64,000 nt of DNA from a virus. Its lineage: Duplodnaviria; Caudoviricetes. The stretch is taken from the IMG/VR virus record IMGVR_UViG_3300045015_000053; one strand, written 5' to 3'. Both the position numbers and the translations under genes were made by a program. Shown here piece by piece: positions 7,502-15,366 of the stretch. Within the stretch, counting starts at the first letter, position 1. Each line of letters starts with the position of its first letter. The notes under the pieces were generated by a model. The model did not search any database. It saw nothing but the letters and a program-made list of their open reading frames with translations, and was not told the origin of the DNA.

Positions 7502-8221
7502 TTGATGATCAATCCCAACAACCCGTACACCAACATGCAAAAAAGGGTGTACGGCTCGCAGTCGCCGTGGTGGTCGGTTCATCGACGCGATCCCGTTGTC
7601 GGGACGTTCGACGCCCACAACAAACACTCCGACTACGAGTTGTTGTTCAAAGGAATCGACACCAAAGAACTGGTCGCACTCGACTTCGGATGTGGTCCGG
7701 GTCGAAACATCGTGAAGTACGCCGGCCGCTTCCGTCGTATCGACGGCGTGGATCTCGACTACGCCAACCTGCTCAACGCGAAGAGTTGGGCCGATCACAA
7801 CGGGTTGAACGGGTTCAAACTGTACCTGTGCAACGGTGTGGATCTCGGCGGCATCGGAAATGACGAGTACGATCTGGTGATGACGACGATCACCCTTCAA
7901 CACATCTGCGTACACGAGATACGCCAGAACTACTTCCGAGAGTTCTGTCGGGTGCTGAAGCCGGGCGGTCGGTTGTCGTTCCAAATGGGGTTCGGGTCGC
8001 CGTCGCCGAACGCGGTGAGCTATTACGCGAACCACTACGAGGCGACCGCGACGAACAGGGGTTGCGACACCGAGGTGTCCGACCCGGATCATCTAAAAGA
8101 AGATCTGGGCAAGGCCGGTTTCGATGGGTTCGAGTACGATCTGCGGCCACCGGGTCCGGGTGACTATCACCCCCAGTGGATCTTCGTGCGGGCGAGAAGT
8201 CGCGCTCAGGAGGATAGATAG
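7502..8221 (+). CDS. Class I SAM-dependent methyltransferase
   Basis: LDFGCGPGRN motif I, GVD, TLQHI, RVLKPGG. Confidence 0.85.
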   Translation: MMINPNNPYTNMQKRVYGSQSPWWSVHRRDPVVGTFDAHNKHSDYELLFKGIDTKELVALDFGCGPGRNIVKYAGRFRRIDGVDLDYANLLNAKSWADHNGLNGFKLYLCNGVDLGGIGNDEYDLVMTTITLQHICVHEIRQNYFREFCRVLKPGGRLSFQMGFGSPSPNAVSYYANHYEATATNRGCDTEVSDPDHLKEDLGKAGFDGFEYDLRPPGPGDYHPQWIFVRARSRAQEDR

Positions 8222-8572
8222 GTGTGAACGATTCACGCCGAGCTAAGGAGGCTCATGAGCGAAAAGGACTTCAAAAACAAGCGTGCGCGTAAGGCACTGC
8301 GGGATTTGTGAGAGGTACAGTGAGCGGCTGTCGTTGTTCGAGGCCGAGTTGATGGTGTTGGCGATCAGGGCGGGCAGCATGGTGGCGGCTCTGAAAGAAA
8401 TTGGGATTGCAAAAAGCAGGATAAAGGGCATACTGAGAGCGGCCAGGGAACTGGACGAAAAACTCAGAGACATGTGAACCTTCGGATGGACGGCAGCGTC
8501 CATCCAGTACAGAGATCCGGCGAGAAGCAACAGGATGAAGGGCGTGACGCTCGCTTGTGATTATGAGTTAAC

Positions 8573-8643
8573 GGGGTCGTGGTGAAGTGGTATCATGCGA
8601 CAATGGCATTGTTGAGGTAGGGGTTCGATTCCCCTCGGCTCCA
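8573..8643 (+). tRNA. tRNA-Ala(GGC)
   Basis: G3-U70, arm CGACA-ATGGCAT-TGTTG. Confidence 0.85.
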
Positions 8644-8651
8644 CTAAAGGT

Positions 8652-8894
8652 GTGATGATGACGGACGAAGAACTTTGGGACGCTCTCGACGGCTTGTTCG
8701 CCTATGACATGGGCTGTCGCTCGTCGGGCATCAAAGATGATAAGCTTCGAGATCGCGTCAAGGCTGAATTGGAGAAAGACAAGCTGAGACTGTCGCGCAT
8801 CGTCAGAGATCGAATGCTGACGGAAAACCGACTGGCTCAAGGATACGGTCTGGAAGACGTAAAAGAGTTCATTGATTGGTCAGACCGCCTGTAG
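8652..8894 (+). CDS. Hypothetical protein
   Basis: ORF with AAGG upstream. Confidence 0.55.
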   Translation: MMMTDEELWDALDGLFAYDMGCRSSGIKDDKLRDRVKAELEKDKLRLSRIVRDRMLTENRLAQGYGLEDVKEFIDWSDRL

Positions 8895-8904
8895 GAAGAA
8901 AGTC

Positions 8905-9270
8905 ATGAGCGTCAGAAGTCGCGCGGCGAACAAGGCAAAGGCTACGAAGCTCGGCATCTCGCTCCAAAAGATCGAGAAGCTCCACCTACCCTACAGCGGG
9001 TGCGGTGACGCGGCCGAGTGGCACAGTCTTCTGGGCGAGTTCCTCGCGACCTACAAGGACGCGAAGCCACGGGTCGAAATCGATGTTGACGGGTACGATG
9101 GGTATCCAGACAACGTGGTGGTTTCGGCCGTCGTGGACAAGACCGATCAGGAACTGATCAACGAGATCAAGTCGAAGGAAGACCTGATCGCCGCTCAGAA
9201 GAAGAAGATCGAAGACAAGGAACGGGCTGAACTCGAACGGCTTGAGGCCAAGTACAGGAAGAAGTCATGA
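8905..9270 (+). CDS. Hypothetical protein
   Basis: ORF, ATGA-coupled to the next gene. Confidence 0.6.
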   Translation: MSVRSRAANKAKATKLGISLQKIEKLHLPYSGCGDAAEWHSLLGEFLATYKDAKPRVEIDVDGYDGYPDNVVVSAVVDKTDQELINEIKSKEDLIAAQKKKIEDKERAELERLEAKYRKKS

Positions 9271-9500
9271 TCACCGACGACGACCGCGCCTACGTCGCAA
9301 AGAAGATCGGCGAGTGGGTTGCCACCCTAGAAGCCGAGGGTTTGGCCGACAAGCCGATCATGTCTTGTGCGTGCGGGCAGTGTCCGAATGGGGTCGTCAC
9401 GCCGCGCAGCGTTCTCAGGGACATTGAGAACCGGACGGAAGAGGGCGAGCGGTTCGTTGAGAGTTGGGTGGACTTGAACGTCCGAGGTATTCTGAAATGA
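9267..9500 (+). CDS. Hypothetical protein
   Basis: ORF, genome-typical codons. Confidence 0.55.
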   Translation: MITDDDRAYVAKKIGEWVATLEAEGLADKPIMSCACGQCPNGVVTPRSVLRDIENRTEEGERFVESWVDLNVRGILK

Positions 9501-9690
9501 CGCCTCCTTTCCCGAATTTCATCGCCGTGGTGCTTGGTCTGTCGATGGCGTCCTGTTTTTTCTTGGGTGGCAACATCCGAAAGTGGATGTTGGGGCATAA
9601 ATTGGATGTGTGGGAAAAGGCCGGGATGCTGTTGCACCCGGTGGTGATTGTGGCGGGTGTCGTGAACGTGTTCTTGGCACTTGGGAATAA

Positions 9691-9758
9691 GGGGTCACTA
9701 GCGGACTAGCTCTGTCGTTCGCAACGACGGATTCGGGGTTCGACTCCCCGTGGCTCCA
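9691..9758 (+). tRNA. tRNA-Ala(CGC), reduced D arm
   Basis: Acceptor GGGGTCA/TGGCTCC with G3-U70, arm TGTCG-TTCGCAA-CGACG. Confidence 0.75.
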
Positions 9759-9814
9759 CTGCACGCTTCTTGCTGAAATGCGGATAAATCGACGTGCGTT
9801 AAAAATATCGGCCT

Positions 9815-9885
9815 GGGGTGTTGGTATAGTGGTATTACGTCTGCTTTGCAAGCAGAAGACCGGGGTCCGATTCCCCGACGCTCCA
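9815..9885 (+). tRNA. tRNA-Ala(TGC)
   Basis: G3-U70, arm TCTGC-TTTGCAA-GCAGA. Confidence 0.85.
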
Positions 9886-9887
9886 CT

Positions 9888-9947
9888 GCGAAGATGACAG
9901 TTGGGATTACATCGCCAATGTGAAATCTCAGCGACTTTTTGCTTCGC
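9888..9947 (+). ncRNA. Minimal Y RNA-like hairpin 1
   Basis: GCGAAG-ATGAC-AGTTGGGATTACAT...ATGTGAAATCTCAGCGACT-TTTTG-CTTCGC. Confidence 0.7.
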
Positions 9948-9951
9948 GATT

Positions 9952-10022
9952 GCCTTCATAGTTTAGTGGCAGAACACGATCTTGGTAAGATTGAAACCTG
10001 AGTTCGATTCTCAGTGAAGGCT
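9952..10022 (+). tRNA. tRNA-Thr(GGT)
   Basis: Acceptor GCCTTCA/TGAAGGC, arm CGATC-TTGGTAA-GATTG. Confidence 0.9.
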
Positions 10023-10360
10023 CTTGGAGACACCGATGTCATCCGAAGAAGATGAGGTTGAAGGTGGTCCGTGTCACACGGTGACGGCGGAAGACATGAT
10101 CGAGATACGCCGGCGCATGTGCGGCGGTGATGTCCTCAAGCTAGTCAACCACTACTTGATTTCATACGGCACGCCGTACTCGGCAGAATTGGTTGTGAAC
10201 GACACCAGTCTCGTCTGCGTGACGAAGGACGTGTCGGAAGGCCAAAGCACCGAGTGCTACAACGCCGAAGAGTTGTTGAAGTCACTGGAACGCTGTTCTT
10301 CGACGGAAGACGTGCGAGTGGTTTTGGAAGAAAGCGGTCTGGCTCTGTGAATGGGGGAAC

Positions 10361-10717
10361 TTGAGGACGTTTAACGAGTGGGTTCTGCTGCAAGAAGATA
10401 CGATCTGGGAGAAGCACGGTCGCGATCTCCCGTCCATCTTTAAGTCAACCCATTATGCTCTGCCGACCTATCAACAACTGGAAGAGTTCAGCGACTATCC
10501 CGAACTGACGGCAGAAGAGATCGTTCAAGGTTTCGGGTATACGATTGTGGGTCGTGGCGTGAGCAGTCCCGACAACTGCAAGAAGATCGTTGAGTCGATT
10601 CGGTTGTTGGTGGAGCGATACCCCGACCGGCTGGAATACAAAGAGGCGTTGACTAAGGCCGAAGAAGAGGCCAAGATCAAACTCGAAAAGTGGCGCAGGG
10701 GGGTACGTTTCCCGTAA
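10361..10717 (+). CDS. Hypothetical protein with CTS-like N-terminus (MRTFNEWVLLQE)
   Basis: TTG start after GGGGAA; shared N-terminal motif. Confidence 0.6.
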   Translation: MRTFNEWVLLQEDTIWEKHGRDLPSIFKSTHYALPTYQQLEEFSDYPELTAEEIVQGFGYTIVGRGVSSPDNCKKIVESIRLLVERYPDRLEYKEALTKAEEEAKIKLEKWRRGVRFP

Positions 10718-10730
10718 TGGAGGGATTGTC

Positions 10731-11162
10731 ATGACGCTTCCGACCGGCAAGAACAAGACGAAGCTCGTCCGCGAGGGTGAGGAAAAACGGCTCGCACAAG
10801 AAAGTGAGCAGAAGCGGCAAGAGACGGAAAAGGCTGCGGCCGAGCAGCGAAAGAAGGATGACGAGTTCTCCAAGCTCGTCACGAGCTTGAAGGAACGGAT
10901 CGAAGCAACCGTTTACCGCGCGATCAACGCCGGTCATCGGGAAACCGAGATCATCATCCCGAAGGACTACGCCGAGCCTCGATACCTCGAAGCGTGGACG
11001 AAGGCGGTGGTCGGGCTGCGGCGCAGTTACGGCAAAGAATACAAGTTCGATTTGCACGAACACCGCCTATACTGTGACAACAGGTTCGAGGCCGCGAACG
11101 TGGACGGCGTCAGCTACCAAGAGTGGACCGAAGACGCTCACAGGTTGAAGGTCACTTGGTGA
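10731..11162 (+). CDS. Hypothetical protein
   Basis: SD GGAGG, coiled-coil N-terminus. Confidence 0.65.
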   Translation: MTLPTGKNKTKLVREGEEKRLAQESEQKRQETEKAAAEQRKKDDEFSKLVTSLKERIEATVYRAINAGHRETEIIIPKDYAEPRYLEAWTKAVVGLRRSYGKEYKFDLHEHRLYCDNRFEAANVDGVSYQEWTEDAHRLKVTW

Positions 11163-11204
11163 TTTTGCGGTGAAGTTTGAAAACGGGTCTATAATGACCT
11201 TGAT

Positions 11205-11278
11205 GGTGTGCGTGGTGTAGTGGCTTTGCACGTTTCCCTGTGAAGGAAAAGGTGGCGGATCGTAACCGCTCGCACACC
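11205..11278 (+). tRNA. tRNA-His(GTG) with encoded G-1
   Basis: 8-bp acceptor GGTGTGCG/CGCACACC, arm TTTCC-CTGTGAA-GGAAA. Confidence 0.85.
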
Positions 11279-11345
11279 CTAGTCGAGATGACAGACAGGA
11301 GTACATTCACTACTCGTTCTCTTGTCAACTTATTGCTCGGCTTAT

Positions 11346-11413
11346 GCCCCGCCCTGCGGTCAGGTTCGGAGTCTACGAAACTCTGAAGTTCCGTTCGACT
11401 CGGAAGCGGGGTA
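11346..11413 (+). tRNA. tRNA-Arg(ACG), reduced D arm
   Basis: Acceptor GCCCCGC/GCGGGGT, arm GGAGT-CTACGAA-ACTCT. Confidence 0.7.
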
Positions 11414-11416
11414 CTT

Positions 11417-11487
11417 GCCCGGTCCAGCGGTTTACCGGCACTGAGCTTGCGAAGCTCGGTTGCGTGGTTCGACTCCACGACAGGGTA
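11417..11487 (+). tRNA. tRNA-Arg(GCG)
   Basis: Arm TGAGC-TTGCGAA-GCTCG, T loop TTCGACT, one acceptor mismatch. Confidence 0.7.
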
Positions 11488-11490
11488 CTC

Positions 11491-11551
11491 GGTGAGATGA
11501 ACGTAGGGATTACATTGGTTATGTGAAATCTCTACAACCTTTTTGCTCATC
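11491..11551 (+). ncRNA. Minimal Y RNA-like hairpin 2
   Basis: GGTGAG-ATGA-ACGTAGGGATTACAT...ATGTGAAATCTCTAC...TTTTG-CTCATC. Confidence 0.7.
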
Positions 11552-11574
11552 ACATTTTCTTCCGAAAGGCGCGA

Positions 11575-11853
11575 ATGGCGACGAGTGGCGACCCTGAGAT
11601 CTGGTTGTTGCAACGCATTGATGAGTTGCAGGACAAACCTAATTGGCCCGCGACCCACAAGAACATCTGGCAGGGCAGTTATGATGTGTGGTTCTCGGAA
11701 CAAGATCGGATCGACGCCTACGAGATTCCAAAAAGACGGATGGCGAGCGCTGTCAAGCAGGATCTCATTCAGAGTAGCATCAAGGAAGTCGGGAAGTACA
11801 AGTTCGAGGTCTGGAGTTTGACCGAGAAGGGCAAGCAGTTGATTGGCAAGTGA
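11575..11853 (+). CDS. Hypothetical protein
   Basis: ORF with AAGG upstream. Confidence 0.55.
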   Translation: MATSGDPEIWLLQRIDELQDKPNWPATHKNIWQGSYDVWFSEQDRIDAYEIPKRRMASAVKQDLIQSSIKEVGKYKFEVWSLTEKGKQLIGK

Positions 11854-12058
11854 TGTGGGCAATAACATGAGCAAGACGATTTTGCCGTGGCCGATGATTT
11901 TGGGGCTAACCGCCGGAATCATGGTCGGAAATTGTTGCTTGAAATTGCTTGAAGACTGGCCTCGCGACAAAGGGTTGTTGTTCGGTTTGGTTTGCGGCCT
12001 CGTGAACGTTGTTTTGTGCGGTTCGTTCCGTGTAATTGAATGGATGGTTCGGCGTTAA

Positions 12059-12132
12059 CGGCCCATAGTGTAGTGGTTTCTGCACGAGAGTCTGATAAAC
12101 TCTAAGTCGAAGTTCGATTCTTCGTGGGCCGA
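12059..12132 (+). tRNA. tRNA-Ile(GAT)
   Basis: Acceptor CGGCCCA/TGGGCCG, loop CTGATAA. Confidence 0.85.
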
Positions 12133-12141
12133 CTGATTGAT

Positions 12142-12211
12142 GGTGTACGACTCCGGTGAGTAGTTGTGGTTGTGAACTATGACAAGGTGGGTTCGACCCC
12201 CATCGTACACC
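12142..12211 (+). tRNA. tRNA-His(GTG), degenerate
   Basis: 8-bp acceptor GGTGTACG/CGTACACC, loop TTGTGAA; weak D and anticodon stems. Confidence 0.6.
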
Positions 12212-12214
12212 CTT

Positions 12215-12292
12215 GCGAGATGACCTTGTTGGGGATTACATTCCTTTTCAGAATGTGCCGAAAGGCACAATCTCCGACGTTCTTTTGCTCGC
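12215..12292 (+). ncRNA. Minimal Y RNA-like hairpin 3 (with extra GAAA hairpin)
   Basis: GCGAG-ATGACC-TTGTTGGGGATTACATTC...AATCTCCGAC...TTTTG-CTCGC. Confidence 0.7.
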
Positions 12293-12298
12293 TTTATT

Positions 12299-12370
12299 CG
12301 GCCTGTCGTTCAATGGTTAGGACAGTGGTCTGATAAACCGCAAACGGTGGTTCGACTCCACCCAGGCCGA
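12299..12370 (+). tRNA. tRNA-Ile(GAT)
   Basis: Acceptor CGGCCTG/CAGGCCG, arm GTGGT-CTGATAA-ACCGC. Confidence 0.9.
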
Positions 12371-12374
12371 CTTC

Positions 12375-12404
12375 TGTCTGATAATTTTTCCAATTTATCA
12401 GACA
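12375..12404. repeat. Inverted repeat copying the Ile anticodon loop, upstream of HNH
   Basis: TGTCTGATAA-N10-TTATCAGACA; GTCTGATAA is shared with the tRNA. Confidence 0.8.
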
Positions 12405-12422
12405 ACATGGCTATAATACGTC

Positions 12423-12890
12423 ATGGAGAAATACTGCTCGACATGCAAGCAGACCAAGCTTTGCTCTGCATTCAACAAGAACCGCTATCGCAAAGACGGC
12501 CTGCAAGTCAGGTGCAGAGATTGCGACAAAGCCAGATCAAAACAGAGGTATCAGGGCGAGTACAAAGACTACTACATCGCCAAGAGCCAAGAGACGCTGG
12601 CTGCACGACGCCAGTGGTTCGAGGATTACAAGAAAGACAAATGCTGTTCACGGTGTGGCGACCTTCGCTGGTATGTGTTGGAGTTTCACCACCGTGACGG
12701 CGTTGACAAGGAAGACGAAATCTCTCGAATGGTCTTCAACAAGAGATCGGTCGATAAGATCATGCTGGAGATAGCCAAGTGCGATCTGGTGTGCGCCAAC
12801 TGCCACCGTGAATTGCACCACATGCAAAAACAGACGGGCGGTTCGACCCCGCCCTTCCGTACTGACGGGTTTCCACCCAGTAAAAACTAG
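12423..12890 (+). CDS. HNH endonuclease with N-terminal Zn finger
   Basis: CSTC...CRDC, LEFHHRDG, KCDLVCANCHR; TATAAT upstream; 3' end contains a tRNA T-arm remnant. Confidence 0.85.
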   Translation: MEKYCSTCKQTKLCSAFNKNRYRKDGLQVRCRDCDKARSKQRYQGEYKDYYIAKSQETLAARRQWFEDYKKDKCCSRCGDLRWYVLEFHHRDGVDKEDEISRMVFNKRSVDKIMLEIAKCDLVCANCHRELHHMQKQTGGSTPPFRTDGFPPSKN

Positions 12891-12997
12891 CAGGGTATCG
12901 GCTAGTTTCCCTGTCTACCCATAACCTCTGGTACGCTTGCGTGCCGGAAGGCTGAAACAACAGTGTACTGGTCGCTTTGCGGCCGGTGGGGACAAAA

Positions 12998-13070
12998 GGC
13001 GGCGTAGCCAAGTGGTAAGGCACCTACCCGCAAGGTAGGAGATTCGGGGGTTCGAGTCCTTCCGCCGCCT
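12998..13070 (+). tRNA. tRNA-Cys(GCA)
   Basis: Acceptor GGCGGCG/CGCCGCC, arm CCTAC-CCGCAAG-GTAGG, U73. Confidence 0.85.
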
Positions 13071-13084
13071 CTGAGGATTTCAAG

Positions 13085-13312
13085 ATGAAAGACTTCGATG
13101 AAACCGTCGCGCGGTTCAAGAATCAAGAACTCGACGTAGACGATTGGAACTTTGTCGTCCACTACGAAGGTGCCGGCGACTACGCGGCCTACATCATGGG
13201 CGAAGGCTCTCAGCAGTGCCTCGCCTACAAGACGGGGTTCGCGAGCAAGGAAGTAGTCATCGAGTTCTTCAAGTCCCTCGGCGTCAGCCGGGTACTCGAA
13301 GGGCTTGGGTAA
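13085..13312 (+). CDS. Hypothetical protein
   Basis: SD GAGG, genome-typical codons. Confidence 0.6.
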   Translation: MKDFDETVARFKNQELDVDDWNFVVHYEGAGDYAAYIMGEGSQQCLAYKTGFASKEVVIEFFKSLGVSRVLEGLG

Positions 13313-13383
13313 CAGGGGTAATTGTTACGGTAGCATTCTACTTTTGGAAAGTAGCAGCGTGGGTTCGACTCCCGCACCCCTGA
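13313..13383 (+). tRNA. tRNA-Pro(TGG)
   Basis: C1-G72, A73, arm CTACT-TTTGGAA-AGTAG. Confidence 0.85.
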
Positions 13384-13603
13384 CTCGGAAACGCCTATGA
13401 CATGAGGGCCGAGCAGAGAACCTTCACCGCCGAACTTCTGGCTTGGGGTTCTCTCCTGCTGGCTCTGGGCTTTCTGGTGGTCCCCATCTTGATGGGCGAA
13501 CCACGGCACATGTCGAACCCGATCTGCGAAAACGGGTTCATCGTGTTCGGCTTCGCCTGTTGCGCGTTTTTCTTGGTCGTGTTCGTGAATCCTGACAAAT
13601 GAC

Positions 13604-14001
13604 CGGGGACAAGTGTTCCGCTTCTGCTATAATTTGGGTATGAGCAGAGCAGAATACCGTCGCGAGTATCGTCGCCGTCGCAACTTGACCGACCCGAACT
13701 GGCGCAAAACAGAAAACGCAGATCAACTGAAACGGATTGAGCGAAATCGCCAGTTCGTAAATGAATTCAAGAAAAACAAAGGTTGCAAGTATTGCCCGGA
13801 GGCGGCTGTTTGTTGCCTCGACCTCCATCACCGAGATGGTGAAGAGAAAGACAAGGCGGTTTCCTACATGGTCAAAATGGGCTATGGTTTGGAACGCCTA
13901 AACGAAGAGATTCAGAAGTGTGACGTGGTGTGTGCAAACTGTCATCGCAAGTTGCACGCTGGTCACGTTCTGAATAGTAGATAACGGGGACAAGTGTTCC
14001 G
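13604..14001. repeat. 17-bp direct repeat (tRNA-Pro 5' end) flanking an HNH gene
   Basis: CGGGGACAAGTGTTCCG at 13604-13620 and 13985-14001. Confidence 0.9.
13640..13984 (+). CDS. HNH endonuclease
   Basis: CKYC, LDLHHRDG, KCDVVCANCHRKLH. Confidence 0.85.
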   Translation: MSRAEYRREYRRRRNLTDPNWRKTENADQLKRIERNRQFVNEFKKNKGCKYCPEAAVCCLDLHHRDGEEKDKAVSYMVKMGYGLERLNEEIQKCDVVCANCHRKLHAGHVLNSR

Positions 14002-14056
14002 GTACGCACCCGTGCTTTGGGAGCATGGAGAGCGGGTTCGATTCCCGCGTCCCCGA
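13985..14056 (+). tRNA. tRNA-Pro(TGG)
   Basis: Acceptor CGGGGAC/GTCCCCG, arm CGTGC-TTTGGGA-GCATG. Confidence 0.9.
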
Positions 14057-14418
14057 CTTATGCGACACCTACTCAACTTTCTGATCCTGCTGACGGCGGT
14101 CATCGGATTGCCATTCGGGTGGATCGTTGCTTGGAACAAGCCCATTGGCAAGAAGCTCCAGACGAGCTTCGTGTGCGGCGTAGTTCTTGTAGCGGCCGTC
14201 ATCCTGTACTTCAGCTTGAGGTGATTTGTGGGTGCAAAATCAACCATAGACATCACGCGGGCCGAGGCGTTGGCTTTCATCATGGACGCTTTGGGTCGTG
14301 CCGACAACGAGACGATTTCGCGTGTTCTTGAAGAATTGAACGACTGCGTTCGTGAGAGCGGCGACTACTCGAACAGTCTCGGCTTGCACAACTTTGCGGT
14401 TCGGGGCTAAATAACCAC

Positions 14419-14616
14419 ATGAAGAAGACCTTGTTTTCAAAGTGGTTGAAGGTTCGCGAGGCGGTGGGCGGCGCGGTCGGCCCTTACATCGCGGGCAAAA
14501 AGGACAAGACTGGTTCCGGGTGCGGCAAGCACACCGACTTCCAAGTCAGCGGCGCGTGCAGCGACCTGAACACTGAGAAGGGGAACAAGAAGATCCGCGA
14601 CGGCAACATCAAGTAA
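14419..14616 (+). CDS. Small protein with CTS-like N-terminus
   Basis: MKKTLFSKWLKVRE; TAAATA at 14408-14413. Confidence 0.55.
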   Translation: MKKTLFSKWLKVREAVGGAVGPYIAGKKDKTGSGCGKHTDFQVSGACSDLNTEKGNKKIRDGNIK

Positions 14617-14706
14617 CGGATGGGTAGATTAACTGGTAGAGCGATAAGTGTAGACGGAGATCCGTCAAGCATCAAAGTGTGTGGGTTCGAGTCCCACCCC
14701 ATCCGC
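14617..14706 (+). ncRNA. tRNA-like RNA lacking an anticodon loop
   Basis: Acceptor CGGATGG/CCATCCG, D loop TGGTA, T arm GTGGG-TTCGAGT-CCCAC; central arm ends in GACGG-AGAT-CCGTC. Confidence 0.55.
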
Positions 14707-14714
14707 TCGACAAT

Positions 14715-14787
14715 CGGGGTGAAGTCTTGTTAGTGAGACGCCTGTCTGGGGGACAGGAAGCGGCCGGTGCAACTCCGGTCACCCCGA
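14715..14787 (+). tRNA. tRNA-Pro(GGG)
   Basis: Acceptor CGGGGTG/CACCCCG, arm CCTGT-CTGGGGG-ACAGG. Confidence 0.85.
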
Positions 14788-14793
14788 CTTTAT

Positions 14794-14865
14794 GCACCGG
14801 AGCCTCTATGGTTGGGGTGCCGTCTTATAAGCGGCTAGTCGTGGGTTCGATTCCCACCCGGTGTA
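14794..14865 (+). tRNA. tRNA-Ile(TAT)
   Basis: Acceptor GCACCGG/CCGGTGT, arm GCCGT-CTTATAA-GCGGC, A73. Confidence 0.75.
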
Positions 14866-14877
14866 CTCGGAGGTCGG

Positions 14878-15366
14878 ATGATGAAACGCATCTTGTCCAG
14901 ACTGTTCGCCGCTGCTGTTCTGGGGTTCCTGTTTTGGATCGTCTACACGGCCGGTCATCTCGACGGCCACAAACACGTCGAGGAAGCCAAGCTCGCGGCT
15001 AAGGCGGAAACGCCCAAATCGCCGCCCCTCACCGACTGGAAGAAGTTCTACGATCTGGTGAAGGCCGACAAAGCTGGCTACATGTTGATCGAGGTCGAAG
15101 CATCGTGTGCCGACCGCGAACAATCCGATTTCACTTTGTTTCTCGTAGACGGCAATCGCTGGTACGAGATGCAAGTCGGCGGCTTGTGGAGTTGCGGCGG
15201 GCCGCACCCCGACAAGCCGTATCGTTTTTTCGCCCTGCCCCAACCGTCATTCGATTCGATTTTGAAGAGGGTTCCCTCCGACGACGCCAAGTTCGTCATG
15301 GTGGGACCGGGTCAGCCGAAACTGACCAACGTCAAGATCTCCTATCACGACAAGGACAGGCCATGA
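14878..15366 (+). CDS. Membrane-anchored hypothetical protein (paralog A)
   Basis: N-terminal TM segment; shares TDWKKFY, LFLVDG.RWYE, LWSCGGPH and VPSDDAKFV with the next gene. Confidence 0.75.
   Translation: MMKRILSRLFAAAVLGFLFWIVYTAGHLDGHKHVEEAKLAAKAETPKSPPLTDWKKFYDLVKADKAGYMLIEVEASCADREQSDFTLFLVDGNRWYEMQVGGLWSCGGPHPDKPYRFFALPQPSFDSILKRVPSDDAKFVMVGPGQPKLTNVKISYHDKDRP

Larger units (their letters stand above)
6990..7503. repeat. 20-bp direct repeat (tRNA-Trp 3' end) flanking an HNH gene
   Basis: GATTCCTGGCGGATCTGCTT at 6990-7009 and 7484-7503. Confidence 0.9.
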
